Origin: a virus
Length of the DNA: 64,000 nucleotides
IMG/VR virus record: IMGVR_UViG_3300034104_003304
Location: 1 to 64,000 of that record
Direction: 5' to 3' (one strand)
Made by a program: the position numbers and the translations under genes. This document shows positions 10,175-20,496 of this stretch, piece by piece (the first letter of the stretch is position 1; each line of letters starts with the position of its first letter). A model generated the notes under the pieces. That model was not told where the DNA came from and did no database searches. It was given only the letters and a program-made list of their open reading frames with translations.

Positions 10175-11182
10175 TTAGAATGAGCCAAGGATCACTCTAC
10201 GATTATCTAGAACACCAAAGCCTAGTTCAGCAAAGCCATAGTAACCGGCTCTCTGCTGGCGGTGAAGAGTGGGATCTTCAAACACCTGTAGAGCTTCCTT
10301 AACTGGCATTACGAAACTATCACTTGTTGACTGATCAAGACCAACGACTAGTTCAAGATCGCTACCTTGAACGGCACCACCAAGATCATTCAAGAAGAAT
10401 GATTGGTACTGCTGGCCTTCGCCTAGTTCGTCTAGATCGTGAAGACTAACACCAAATACGTTGGTAACTGGACCACCGTTAACTGGTGCGTTGTAGATTT
10501 CACGACGGGTAAGATCATCAACTTGATCAAAGCCCCAATTACGAATATCTTCTAGAGCTTCTGGGCTTAGATAGATATCGGTTAGGCGACCACGACCAAC
10601 TGATGCTGAGTTACCACCGCTATTGCGGCGCATAACTGTTTGCATTAGTGATACTAGTCTCTTTGAGAAGAGGCCAGCGGTAGCATCGGCATCATAAACG
10701 AGGATGTTACGATCAACGCCAGCAGCTAGAATTGTGTGCCAGCCGTCATCATTCATCTTCTTTGTGAAACCAGCTTCCATCACCTGCATAGCGCGAGCAA
10801 CAATGTCCCATCGTGCTTCGCGGGCATAGCGAAGTAGATAGTCTACTGAAGATGCGATACTGTAGGTGGGGATCATCACATAGTCACCCTCAACTGAACG
10901 CTCTGGAATTCTGCCGTGGCCGGGATTGGTATAAGCGACATGCTCACCTTCAAGGCCGGGAGAAACGAGGTCGAGGGGGAATTCTGTGGTTGAACCGGGT
11001 TCAACATTAATGGTTTCGAAAATATTACTAAGAATATTACCAACTAGAACGCCCTTACGAAGGGGTAATTCTAGAGCCTTGGCAAACTCACGTTGAGCAG
11101 CCGCAGCTACATTGATATCAGCATCCCCTGACTTACGGAGGAGACTGATAAATTCATCACTAGGTCTTTTGTTTTCTGCCAT
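10175..11182 (-). CDS. Major capsid protein (HK97 fold, inferred)
   Basis: 335 aa, strong codon bias, canonical terminase-portal-protease-decoration-capsid order. Confidence 0.8.
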   Translation of the reverse strand: MAENKRPSDEFISLLRKSGDADINVAAAAQREFAKALELPLRKGVLVGNILSNIFETINVEPGSTTEFPLDLVSPGLEGEHVAYTNPGHGRIPERSVEGDYVMIPTYSIASSVDYLLRYAREARWDIVARAMQVMEAGFTKKMNDDGWHTILAAGVDRNILVYDADATAGLFSKRLVSLMQTVMRRNSGGNSASVGRGRLTDIYLSPEALEDIRNWGFDQVDDLTRREIYNAPVNGGPVTNVFGVSLHDLDELGEGQQYQSFFLNDLGGAVQGSDLELVVGLDQSTSDSFVMPVKEALQVFEDPTLHRQQRAGYYGFAELGFGVLDNRRVILGSF

Positions 11183-11215
11183 GTTTAATTCTCCTTATTA
11201 GTTTCTTTCTATAAC

Positions 11216-11683
11216 TCAGGGTAGGTTGACTTCTACTTTTGCATAACCGTCCTCATCCTTACTGGAGAGGAAACGACCGATTTGCAATACGCCAGAACTA
11301 CCGGGGCTATCTGGACGAATGTTGCCAGCGGTAACGTGGCAAGCATAAGCGGGATCGCCAGCGGCTGGACTGCCAGTTAGACTACTAGTTACAACGTAAC
11401 CCTTACGTAGAACTGTAACTTTGCCACCCTTTTGTACTTCATCCTTGTGCTGATTTAGATGTGTACGGGTTAGATCCTTATTTACTACGTCGTTAAGTAG
11501 AATACCTACTGGACGACTAGCGGCTGTGACGGCAACGTACTTCACAAGATTAACACCTTGATCCATTGCTGCGCCAGAACCGGCAGTATCATGTACAACA
11601 ACGCCACCGCGAGTAGCAGTGCCTTCGTTGTAGAAGAAACTAATATCTGTCTGAAGTTCGTATCTATCTGATTTTAGGGCCAT
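11216..11683 (-). CDS. Head decoration/cement protein
   Basis: 155 aa, Gly/Val-rich (PVGILLNDV, GGKVTVL), directly upstream of capsid gene. Confidence 0.65.
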   Translation of the reverse strand: MALKSDRYELQTDISFFYNEGTATRGGVVVHDTAGSGAAMDQGVNLVKYVAVTAASRPVGILLNDVVNKDLTRTHLNQHKDEVQKGGKVTVLRKGYVVTSSLTGSPAAGDPAYACHVTAGNIRPDSPGSSGVLQIGRFLSSKDEDGYAKVEVNLP

Positions 11684-11703
11684 AGTTTTTCTCCTATTTT
11701 AAT

Positions 11704-13107
11704 TCACTTACGTAAAACGTTTTCTGTAAGCCACTCTGCTACACTAGCTCTTGTGACTGCTAATTCATCCTTAACGGCAGAAGCGTCTACGAGGGTGGCT
11801 TCTGTTGACTCAACGCCTTCGAAAAGCTGTTCGGAAATTTCTTCTGTTGATTCAGAAGCTAATACCTCTGCTTTTGGATTGTCGCTTTCTTTCTTTTCTT
11901 CTTTATACATAGCTTCTTTAGGCTCCATCTTTTTAGCCATCTTCTTTTTGAACATAGCTACGATTGATTCGAAAGCTGTATCTTCTAGATTGTCATAAAG
12001 AGAAAGTGATTCTTCAGCTTCTGCATCCTCAAAACCGGAGGCCATAAGCTGTTCTTTTCTCATGCGATTCTTTTCTTTCTTCTTCATGTCTGTCATTGCA
12101 GCGACAGTTTCTGAAAGCTGAGTATCTTTTACTAATAGTGTTTCTTGAAGACTTAATACTGCGGCTTCAAGAGTTCTGATAGCTTCATCTTTTTCAGCTA
12201 GTGCTGTCTCAAAGGCTGAAATCTTAGCGGATAGTTCTGCTTCGGCTTCGCTTTGAGTCACTGTGACCTGTTCTGTTGAAGAAGCTAACTCTTCTGATAG
12301 CTGCTTCTCTTCATTGTTATCTTGCATATTAAAATCTCCTTTAGAAACATTGGAAACATACTGTTCATTAATTAAGAATGCTTTACTGGAATCAAGAATA
12401 ATACTTCTTGGATTAGCTGGTTTTGACACTAAACCCTTGCCAGAAAATGAAATATCTCTTAATGATCTACCAATTTTGTAACCGTCATATTCTCCAGTAC
12501 CGCCATACGCTCTTAAATGTTTTGTTAAAAATGCCGAATCTTCATTTCTAGCAACCACTTTAGACTGACCTTTTGGATCAATAATGGCATAATCAAAACC
12601 AGAAAATAAACATTCCATTGAAACAAACCATTTGCCTTGATCTATTTCTGATATGATTTTTTGCATTCTCTCCCGATTATCTGGATTGCTCCAACTATTA
12701 TACAAAACAGCTTCTGTTATAATATCAAACTCTGAAGGAACATTATCATCGCTTGCTTCTATTTTGTCGCCGTTCCTATCAACAACATAACTTCCAGTAA
12801 TATGGCCGATTATATCGTTCTCATTGTGCATGAAGTTAAATTGTTTATCTTCTGGTGTATTTCTAGCTGCCCAAGTTTGAGCATTAGAAAATACGTCATC
12901 ATTTTTATTCCATCCAGTTGATACTAGTACCGATTTAATATAATGTAGATCTATTTGATTTGGGTTGCTTGATGCTTTAATTTTGTTTATTACTTCGCAG
13001 TTTGGCATATCATCAGTTAATACAGCTTGAGAACAGTACGCGATGGAATTATCCTTGCGCACGATCTCTGAAATACCGTCTATAATTTCTGATTTATATA
13101 TTTGCAT
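11704..13107 (-). CDS. Prohead protease / scaffold fusion
   Basis: N-terminal NKNDD...H...IIGHI...VSMEC...FSGKGLVSKPAN motifs; acidic coiled-coil C-terminus; lies between portal and capsid. Confidence 0.7.
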   Translation of the reverse strand: MQIYKSEIIDGISEIVRKDNSIAYCSQAVLTDDMPNCEVINKIKASSNPNQIDLHYIKSVLVSTGWNKNDDVFSNAQTWAARNTPEDKQFNFMHNENDIIGHITGSYVVDRNGDKIEASDDNVPSEFDIITEAVLYNSWSNPDNRERMQKIISEIDQGKWFVSMECLFSGFDYAIIDPKGQSKVVARNEDSAFLTKHLRAYGGTGEYDGYKIGRSLRDISFSGKGLVSKPANPRSIILDSSKAFLINEQYVSNVSKGDFNMQDNNEEKQLSEELASSTEQVTVTQSEAEAELSAKISAFETALAEKDEAIRTLEAAVLSLQETLLVKDTQLSETVAAMTDMKKKEKNRMRKEQLMASGFEDAEAEESLSLYDNLEDTAFESIVAMFKKKMAKKMEPKEAMYKEEKKESDNPKAEVLASESTEEISEQLFEGVESTEATLVDASAVKDELAVTRASVAEWLTENVLRK

Positions 13108-13155
13108 TATATAGTATACCTTTCAAGAATATAATACACTAAATGAAATAAAAGT

Positions 13156-15255
13156 TTAAACTAGGGTGTTTTCTTCGATAAATAACCCAATAATATTCCT
13201 ACGATAGTTATCAATAGTCATATTATCTATACTTACAGAGCGGTCTTGTAATAGGTTTTTAAATTCTTGAGGAGTAGTCTTTTTTGAGGATAAAATGGAG
13301 TGTATAGCCGATGCCGTCACATCTTCTAATATCGGTAAATTTGTTAAAACGTCTATCTTAAGTTGCTCTAGATCGCTAGCCTCTGCCTTAGTTAATTGTC
13401 TTAAATTTTTCTTATTGTTGCAATTCAAGAATGCGTCATTAAGCACTTCTGATATATTATCCCAAGCCGCTTCTGTCCAAACTAATAGTTCGGCAACTCC
13501 CGGTTTTGATTTTGGGTTTGCAACTCTTTGCTTGCGAGGACCAGAGTCTTTTGATAATGGCGGTCTTCCATTAGGATTTGGTACTTTGGGAGATGAGGGT
13601 GATCCGCCGCCACCGAATGGGCTTCCCTTTGGTTGTAATAATATATCGGTCGGTACGCTACTTTTTAAGCCGACATCTTTTGGTAAAAGTTTACCTGTTT
13701 GTAATCCAATCTTCTCAAGATCGTTTTCGTGTTGAGGGTTATGGTATGGTGATGCTTTATTTGGAATAACATTATTATTACGATCTTCAACTTCTCTTTG
13801 TATTCTAATTTTTTCAATCTGTGGTATCTCTTTAAATCTTTGAAGTAGAGTTTCTTGACTAATTAAGTCTCTATCAGCTAATTGAATTAATAGATTCTTC
13901 TCGGTTGCCTCATCTGATAAACTCATATGATCATACTGAATGAAAGCCTTGTTTCTGAAACCCATAGCTTGACGAACAATCTCAATTTCTTTTTCCCAGA
14001 ACTTAGTTAAAAGATCTCTTCCGTATTGAAGTCTTTCTACTAAAGTTTTTAGCGAAATAAAATTATTGGTAAAACCACCACCGTTTGTAGCCATTCCTGT
14101 TAGAGTTGGTGGAACACCAAGACCAGCGTAAATACTATTAAGTACTGCTGTGTATTTTTCTGAACCCAAGAATTTATAAACTTCGCTATTAGATTCTTTA
14201 AATGATAACTCTGGACCCCAAACTAGTTCCATTGTTCCACCGCCAACATTACTAGCTAAAATATCTCTTAGCTTGTTGATTGCAGCTTTGTTTGGTAAAA
14301 TCTTATGCTCAAGGCTACCAAGTGTCCATAAGCGAATGTTTGAAATAGCACCATCAAGAGCAGATAGGTCAGCCAATCTCATTTTTTCTAACATGATAAT
14401 ATCATCTAGAATAGCATAAATCATGGGATTAGCCCACTGCAACCAATCGTCTTTCTTGTAATGTGATATACTAAGCCTACTTGGGTCTAGTGGTATACGC
14501 TTTTCTTTATTGAGTAATGCTTTCTTAATATTAGCCGGTAAAGTATTCAACACATCTGTTGGAATATCTCCATCGACAAATCTATCAAAAAATGAACCAG
14601 CACTTAAGCTATAGTTATATTGACCTAAGAATAGTGATAGATCTCCATCTTTCATTTCAACAGTTAAGGGATTAAAGAAGTTATATCTCCAAGGAATCAA
14701 ATTTTCCTTCATGTTTGGAACTTCAACTTTAATGTCGGAAGCTAAGGACTTCATATACTTAGTTAATTCTGGAGTTAACTTAGCATAGCTTCTATAAGCA
14801 ATAACGTTTCCAGCTTTGTAAAGATTGTTTAAAAATCTTTCTGACCTTTCTTTACCGTTAACGCTTCTAAACCATTGCTGATAAAATTTTTCAACACTTT
14901 TATTTTGATGAACAATATTGATTCCTTGGCAACCAAAATCGCCCATAAGATCGATAATATTTCTAATAATACCAACCTTGTCATAGGCATCCATGCACAT
15001 TTTAATAATGCGCCTCTGTTGAGATGGAACCTGTTCGTTTGGTCGAAAGGCATGATAATCTAATTGACTATATCCGGGTCTTACTGACTTATTTGGCTCA
15101 ATATCGATAAAGTGTCGATATGCTGTACTGGCTGTAGATTTACTAAGACCAGTGTATGAATCGACGCTTTCTGAAAACTTCGATAGAGCTTCTGCTTTGC
15201 CAGTGCCGTCATCTGACCAAGTAATCATGTCTTTATTATCCATTTTAGCCCTCAA
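13156..15255 (-). CDS. Portal protein
   Basis: 699 aa immediately after terminase; LGVPPTL motif; Pro/Gly-rich GRP tail. Confidence 0.75.
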   Translation of the reverse strand: MRAKMDNKDMITWSDDGTGKAEALSKFSESVDSYTGLSKSTASTAYRHFIDIEPNKSVRPGYSQLDYHAFRPNEQVPSQQRRIIKMCMDAYDKVGIIRNIIDLMGDFGCQGINIVHQNKSVEKFYQQWFRSVNGKERSERFLNNLYKAGNVIAYRSYAKLTPELTKYMKSLASDIKVEVPNMKENLIPWRYNFFNPLTVEMKDGDLSLFLGQYNYSLSAGSFFDRFVDGDIPTDVLNTLPANIKKALLNKEKRIPLDPSRLSISHYKKDDWLQWANPMIYAILDDIIMLEKMRLADLSALDGAISNIRLWTLGSLEHKILPNKAAINKLRDILASNVGGGTMELVWGPELSFKESNSEVYKFLGSEKYTAVLNSIYAGLGVPPTLTGMATNGGGFTNNFISLKTLVERLQYGRDLLTKFWEKEIEIVRQAMGFRNKAFIQYDHMSLSDEATEKNLLIQLADRDLISQETLLQRFKEIPQIEKIRIQREVEDRNNNVIPNKASPYHNPQHENDLEKIGLQTGKLLPKDVGLKSSVPTDILLQPKGSPFGGGGSPSSPKVPNPNGRPPLSKDSGPRKQRVANPKSKPGVAELLVWTEAAWDNISEVLNDAFLNCNNKKNLRQLTKAEASDLEQLKIDVLTNLPILEDVTASAIHSILSSKKTTPQEFKNLLQDRSVSIDNMTIDNYRRNIIGLFIEENTLV

Positions 15256-15281
15256 TTAGATTGTAATTGGATTACCAATAT

Positions 15282-17267
15282 TTAATACACATCTTTCATA
15301 TTCTCAGAAAACCAGCTAGGTCCGGTGTATAGTTTTTCGTTCTCATACTTGGTCGTACCAGATCTACCAGTAGCAAATCCACCGTAGAAATTGTATGCTT
15401 CTTGTTCTGGTGTTCTTTGTAGAACTCTCGCTGCCATATTTGCCATTAAAAGCGCAGAATATCGGTCCTTTCTCATCTTGCTCTTTTTGCCAGTTCCTAC
15501 GATAACTTCTGGAGTGTCCCAGCGATCTCGACCGCTATTGGTCTGAGTCATTTGAATCATAGAAAGTTCATCTTTTAATTCTTCGATATCCATAACGCAC
15601 TCTTCTAAAGTGTCGAACATTCTGTGTTTTACAGAGTCCTCTGAACTAGACAATCCAATTGAAATCGAATCAAAAAATGGAAATACTAATACTTTATCTT
15701 CGAAGTCTTTTCTCATGCCGTGATTAGCTTCTGCTAGCCATTCGTACCTAGCAAATTGACATGCTTCTATAATGTGTAGTCCTCTTTCTCCATCTGAGTC
15801 TTTTGGTTTATCGTCATCAATAGTGGGCCATATTGGCAATTCTCCAGTTTTAATCTTATCATGATCATGAAGAGATTCTATAATAGCTATACCACCGCCC
15901 TGTGCGTCGATAGCTATATGAATACAGGGATATAGCGCCATTAAGTCCCTTATCTTCCTTGCGCAATAAGAATAAAAATCACTTTCTGTGGAATATCCCT
16001 TCTTGACTTTTTCTTTATGTTCAGACCTAGTAGTAGTCCAGCAATGAACAATACGCCTATGATCTGGATTAACTTCTAGCACTACAATACTAAAGTTGTC
16101 TACTTCAGAAGCTGGGTCAACGCCAAATATATATCTTTTATTTGGATCGCCAATTAAGCTAGCTTCAAAATGAATATCACTTCCCTTACTATCCTTTATA
16201 GGGTTAGATTGAGAAATAACACACGATTCAATTAATGATCGTTTAAAAAATCCTTGGCTATCTCTTGTGAAACATGCACCATATTCCATTTGATAAATAC
16301 CAGTATGAACCGTAGCTTTTGATCTTGCTACTTGGTCAGCATCCATGAAACCTTTTGGTAATAACTCGTAAGGCATACGAATGATTGAATATTGTGTCCA
16401 ATCAAAACTATCTGGATAGTCTTCGCCGCCGAACACTTCTCTTAACTTAGCTGGATTTCCTTGACTCTTAATAATTGCTTTCCATTTTTTCCAATACGTA
16501 GCAAAATGATTAAAGTCATAATAAGCTGTTCCAGATAATACGATCTGATTATCTTTAGACTGCGTAGAAGAACTATTATCGTCTTCTATAATTATTCCTA
16601 GCTCTTCAGCTTTTTGCTTTGCAGCAAGTCGTTTAACATTCGCCACTGGATCAGCACTAACTGCGGCGAAACCAGCAACAACATTTTCAAAAATATCTCT
16701 AGGAATAGAAGCAAACTCATCGCTGATAATATCATTGGCTCTTTGACCTCTAATTTTTTGACCATCACCCAGTGGTAGACAGGTAATAGTGCTTTCGTTT
16801 AGTCTCATAACACAACGATCAGTATCTCGTCGTGGACCACTATCAGAGTCGCATATATCTCTTAGCATGGGAGAATTGCGCCATATAGTTTCCATGTACT
16901 CAAACAATACTTTGGATTGTCTAAACGCTGCGCCAACAACAACTATTTTTCTACGCGGAAGCACAAGACCTCTAAGCATAGCATATAATGATAACATAAA
17001 AGATTTACCAAAGCCTCGGCTAGCGATAAGCATAGGAAATTTTCTATTCCAAATCTCATCTAAAACCAAAGCCTGTGATGGTAATAGTTGAACGTTTAAA
17101 ATTTCATGGCAAAAGAACGATAGGTATTCTGGCCTAGTCATTAGCCAAGCAAGTTTCAAATGAAAATCATCTTCACTGGGTTTTAGTATAGACATCGGAT
17201 TAAAAATATCCGCATCTATAGTATCAAGACCTAGCCAAGCCTCGTCTATCTTTTTAAGTTCGCTCAT
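15282..17267 (-). CDS. terL: Terminase large subunit
   Basis: Walker A-like ASRGFGKS, Walker B IISDE, RNase H-like FGVDPA, C-terminal KDRYSAL. Confidence 0.9.
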   Translation of the reverse strand: MSELKKIDEAWLGLDTIDADIFNPMSILKPSEDDFHLKLAWLMTRPEYLSFFCHEILNVQLLPSQALVLDEIWNRKFPMLIASRGFGKSFMLSLYAMLRGLVLPRRKIVVVGAAFRQSKVLFEYMETIWRNSPMLRDICDSDSGPRRDTDRCVMRLNESTITCLPLGDGQKIRGQRANDIISDEFASIPRDIFENVVAGFAAVSADPVANVKRLAAKQKAEELGIIIEDDNSSSTQSKDNQIVLSGTAYYDFNHFATYWKKWKAIIKSQGNPAKLREVFGGEDYPDSFDWTQYSIIRMPYELLPKGFMDADQVARSKATVHTGIYQMEYGACFTRDSQGFFKRSLIESCVISQSNPIKDSKGSDIHFEASLIGDPNKRYIFGVDPASEVDNFSIVVLEVNPDHRRIVHCWTTTRSEHKEKVKKGYSTESDFYSYCARKIRDLMALYPCIHIAIDAQGGGIAIIESLHDHDKIKTGELPIWPTIDDDKPKDSDGERGLHIIEACQFARYEWLAEANHGMRKDFEDKVLVFPFFDSISIGLSSSEDSVKHRMFDTLEECVMDIEELKDELSMIQMTQTNSGRDRWDTPEVIVGTGKKSKMRKDRYSALLMANMAARVLQRTPEQEAYNFYGGFATGRSGTTKYENEKLYTGPSWFSENMKDVY

Positions 17268-17905
17268 TCTTGCTTATTCCAGTCAGTCATAATAGCATCA
17301 GCAAACCCATAATAAATAGCTTCTTCTGCGTTTAAATACCAATCGCCAGATTTTAGTTTTCTAATTAAGTATTGTCTAACTTGCGACTCTGTTGGCTTTT
17401 TGTTATTAAACTTGTCTTTAAAAAATTGGCCATCTACGCACCGTTTGGCATATATTCTAAACATAATATCTGCTGTGCGCTTTTCATAATCCGCTTGAGA
17501 CATAGCGCTAAGATAATCTGTGTTAATATCGCTAGAGCCATAATGACTCATAAAATGAGAGTTTGGGGTCATATATCTATAGTCGGCAGCTTGCAAAATA
17601 ATGCTACTCATTGACTCTGCTTGTCCGTAGACTATAATACTTACGTAAGAGCGACACATGCTTATAGCATCAAAAATTGCCATCCCATCGCACCATTCGC
17701 CACCAACACTTTGCATATGTATAGTTATTGGATTATTATTTCTTATGTCTAATGCTCTTAAGTTTTTAATAAAAGTATTCGACATTCTATACTCTACACC
17801 GGGATTTTGGTTATCCTCAGTGTGATAATGGTTATGCAAGAAGATCTCTCTAGTGTTTATATTGGCACCATAGTCATGAAAATCTTTCAGTAATTCTGGC
17901 TCCAT
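17264..17905 (-). CDS. ClpP-like peptidase
   Basis: SVGGE, AESMSSIILQAAD, FMSH, DWYLNAEEAIYYGFAD match ClpP motifs. Confidence 0.8.
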   Translation of the reverse strand: MEPELLKDFHDYGANINTREIFLHNHYHTEDNQNPGVEYRMSNTFIKNLRALDIRNNNPITIHMQSVGGEWCDGMAIFDAISMCRSYVSIIVYGQAESMSSIILQAADYRYMTPNSHFMSHYGSSDINTDYLSAMSQADYEKRTADIMFRIYAKRCVDGQFFKDKFNNKKPTESQVRQYLIRKLKSGDWYLNAEEAIYYGFADAIMTDWNKQE

Positions 17906-17906
17906 G

Positions 17907-18407
17907 TTAGTCTTTCCTTCCGATTGTGTACATTTCGTTAATACGTTTAAGGATACTGCTAACCGTTATAAATGCGTTAAGCTTGTTACCACAGAATAAC
18001 ACATGAACATTGTTATATATTTGAAATTCAACTAAGCATTTAAGCATGTATTTACCAGTAATTTTAACAGATGCTTTATTTTTAATTGGTATACGTGTTT
18101 CTTCTGGAAACTTTATTAGATCTTCAGCGGAGAATTCTAGGACTATAAACTTATGGGGGATAGTAGCCATTCGTTCTATTTCATTTAGGAAAGCGTATTT
18201 TTTGGAACCAAGATTCATAGCTAGTTCTTCAACGCAACCCTTTCTCTCTATACATAATTTGTCTTCCAAGCCTTTTATGGAATAATCTCCAGTATCTAAT
18301 TTTTCTTGTACCATGCCAGCGCACGGGCTATATTCTTTAAAGAAATATCCGTCCTGCTCTCTGGTGTCTTTAACAACAGTAAATGATGGGGCTATTTTAT
18401 ACGCCAT
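17907..18407 (-). CDS. ERCC4-domain nuclease
   Basis: DTREQ...LDTGDYS...IERK signature. Confidence 0.8.
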   Translation of the reverse strand: MAYKIAPSFTVVKDTREQDGYFFKEYSPCAGMVQEKLDTGDYSIKGLEDKLCIERKGCVEELAMNLGSKKYAFLNEIERMATIPHKFIVLEFSAEDLIKFPEETRIPIKNKASVKITGKYMLKCLVEFQIYNNVHVLFCGNKLNAFITVSSILKRINEMYTIGRKD

Positions 18408-18657
18408 TGATAATTTCCATAAATAGGGATTCGTAGTGACATTCTTTTCCTCTTATAGATTTGTGACATTCTTCGCATAGCGTTATGCCATTTGATACTT
18501 CATATCTTAATGAAGAAGCGTGTGACCAAGTTCTAATATGATGTACTTGTAATTTTGTTCTAGATTTACATCCCGGCATTCTACATCTATTTTTATCTCT
18601 TGCTCTTATCTTTTTTCTAAAATCCTCGTATGCTGGATCTTTAAAGTTTCTTCTCAT
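18397..18657 (-). CDS. HNH endonuclease (packaging-associated type)
   Basis: RDKNRC..PGC...LQVHHI...NGITLCEECH. Confidence 0.8.
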   Translation of the reverse strand: MRRNFKDPAYEDFRKKIRARDKNRCRMPGCKSRTKLQVHHIRTWSHASSLRYEVSNGITLCEECHKSIRGKECHYESLFMEIINGV

Positions 18658-18902
18658 AAGCAATGTATCTTATCTATTCTAGATTCTCTTCTTATCTTTC
18701 TACATATTATACGCATATTGATAGATGGATCTTGATCTAGTAAGATTTTGATTAATCCATATATAGCATCAACACACGCACCGTCTGGGTCTGCTGCTGT
18801 TACGAAAATTGTAGGGAATGGCGAATTATATGCTTTTAGATATAAATGTCTGATTGATGGATAAATGTTAGAGATGTCTAACATGACTCTGTAATTTTTC
18901 AT
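18654..18902 (-). CDS. Hypothetical protein
   Basis: 82-aa ORF overlapping both neighbours in the operon. Confidence 0.6.
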   Translation of the reverse strand: MKNYRVMLDISNIYPSIRHLYLKAYNSPFPTIFVTAADPDGACVDAIYGLIKILLDQDPSINMRIICRKIRRESRIDKIHCL

Positions 18903-19950
18903 TTAATTTATCATCTATCATTAGTTGTACAAGTTCTTGTAAGTCACAAGTCGGAACCCATCCAAGCTTTTCTTTGGCCTTAGACGAGTCTCCACGAAGG
19001 TAATCTACTTCTGCCGGTCTATAAAACTCCATGTCTACAACGACATAATTGGTCCAATCATATATACCAACATGCTGAAAAGCGTAATTTAAAAATTCTC
19101 TAATAGTGTATGTTTTACCGGTACATATTACGTAGTCATCTGGCACTTCTTGTTGCAACATGCGCCACATAGCTTCAACATAATCCCCAGCATATCCCCA
19201 ATCTCTATAAGCGTCCAAATTTCCAAGCCTTAATTTTGGGAAAGAGCCAGACAATTGATAATGAATATTGTCTTTAGCAAAAGATACATTATCCAAATTA
19301 AAGTTATTATTTTCTATCCAATCTAAAAATGAAACTATCCAGTTGGTAATCTTCTTGGTAACGAAGTTATCTCCACGCCTTGGACCTTCGTGATTAAATA
19401 ATATGCCAGCACTAGCGTGTAGATTATAAGCTTCGCGGTATAGTCTAACTGCGTAGTGGGCAGCGCATTTTGAAATAGCGTATGGCGATTGTGGTAGAAA
19501 TTTAGTATTCTCATTTTGGTATTTATTACCATTACCATCAATGTCATATGAGCTACCAAACATTTCACTAGAAGAAGCTTGGTAAAATCTAGGCTTTGTA
19601 ACTCCAGTGTCAACCATAGCCTGTAGAATATTCATGCAGCCTTTACCGGTTATATCCCAAGTAAGGGCGGGTTGCTTAAAAGAAGTTCCCACATGCGATT
19701 GTGCTGCTAGATTATAGATTTCATCTACTTTTTCGTAAGTTTTTAAGATATTACTAACACTACTAACATCGGTAATATCTCCTTCGATCAATTTGAATCT
19801 ATTATCGTCTTTTAGATGTTTTATTCTTTCTGATGTATCAACGCTGCACCTTCTCGCTACACCAAGAACATTATAATCCTTAGAAAGTAATAGGTCTGCT
19901 AAATGGCTTCCATCCTGTCCCGTTACTCCAAACACGATAGCACTTTTCAT
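18868..19950 (-). CDS. gmd: GDP-mannose 4,6-dehydratase
   Basis: GVTGQDGS, NLAAQSHV, YQASSSEMFG, PQSPYAISK, GILFNHE, GNLDAYRDWG, YRPAEVD. Confidence 0.95.
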   Translation of the reverse strand: MKSAIVFGVTGQDGSHLADLLLSKDYNVLGVARRCSVDTSERIKHLKDDNRFKLIEGDITDVSSVSNILKTYEKVDEIYNLAAQSHVGTSFKQPALTWDITGKGCMNILQAMVDTGVTKPRFYQASSSEMFGSSYDIDGNGNKYQNENTKFLPQSPYAISKCAAHYAVRLYREAYNLHASAGILFNHEGPRRGDNFVTKKITNWIVSFLDWIENNNFNLDNVSFAKDNIHYQLSGSFPKLRLGNLDAYRDWGYAGDYVEAMWRMLQQEVPDDYVICTGKTYTIREFLNYAFQHVGIYDWTNYVVVDMEFYRPAEVDYLRGDSSKAKEKLGWVPTCDLQELVQLMIDDKLNEKLQSHVRHL

Positions 19951-20495
19951 AAACTCTCCTTTTTGTATATCCAACAAGTGTCTTGTATGCGAATATTATC
20001 TTTTCCTAGTTTTTCATCAACAGCCTGTATAACCCCAAGCCAATCATTGCTATAGTCATGTCCAGCTAGATAGCCACCAGTTTTAACTTTTGGTAGCCAT
20101 AACTCTATGTCATTTTTTACTGCGTTATACGTATGTTCCATGTCTATAAAAACAACGTCGCAGGATTCGTTGTCAAAATGTAAACTTGCTTCATATGACA
20201 AAGCTTTCATCGATTCGTATTTACGATTTCCCATATTATTTAGAAATACTTCGTATATATCCATTTGTGTTGCTATATTCTGTGTAGTTTGTAATTCGTT
20301 TATGGAGCCTTTCCAACTATCAATTATAGTAACATCTATATTTTTATTTAATGCTTTATCAATAAGGTATGATGAGCTTTTCCCAAGCCAAGCACCACAT
20401 TCTATAAACACTCCACTAGCTGGACACTGATCTATCAAAAAATCATATACTCCAGCATAGTTGAACCAGCCATCTATTTCGTGGGAATATTTCAT
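19947..20495 (-). CDS. SAM-dependent methyltransferase (Methyltransf_24-like)
   Basis: IECGAWLGKS, VFIDMEHTY, GGYLAGHDY. Confidence 0.85.
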   Translation of the reverse strand: MKYSHEIDGWFNYAGVYDFLIDQCPASGVFIECGAWLGKSSSYLIDKALNKNIDVTIIDSWKGSINELQTTQNIATQMDIYEVFLNNMGNRKYESMKALSYEASLHFDNESCDVVFIDMEHTYNAVKNDIELWLPKVKTGGYLAGHDYSNDWLGVIQAVDEKLGKDNIRIQDTCWIYKKESL

Positions 20496-20496
20496 A

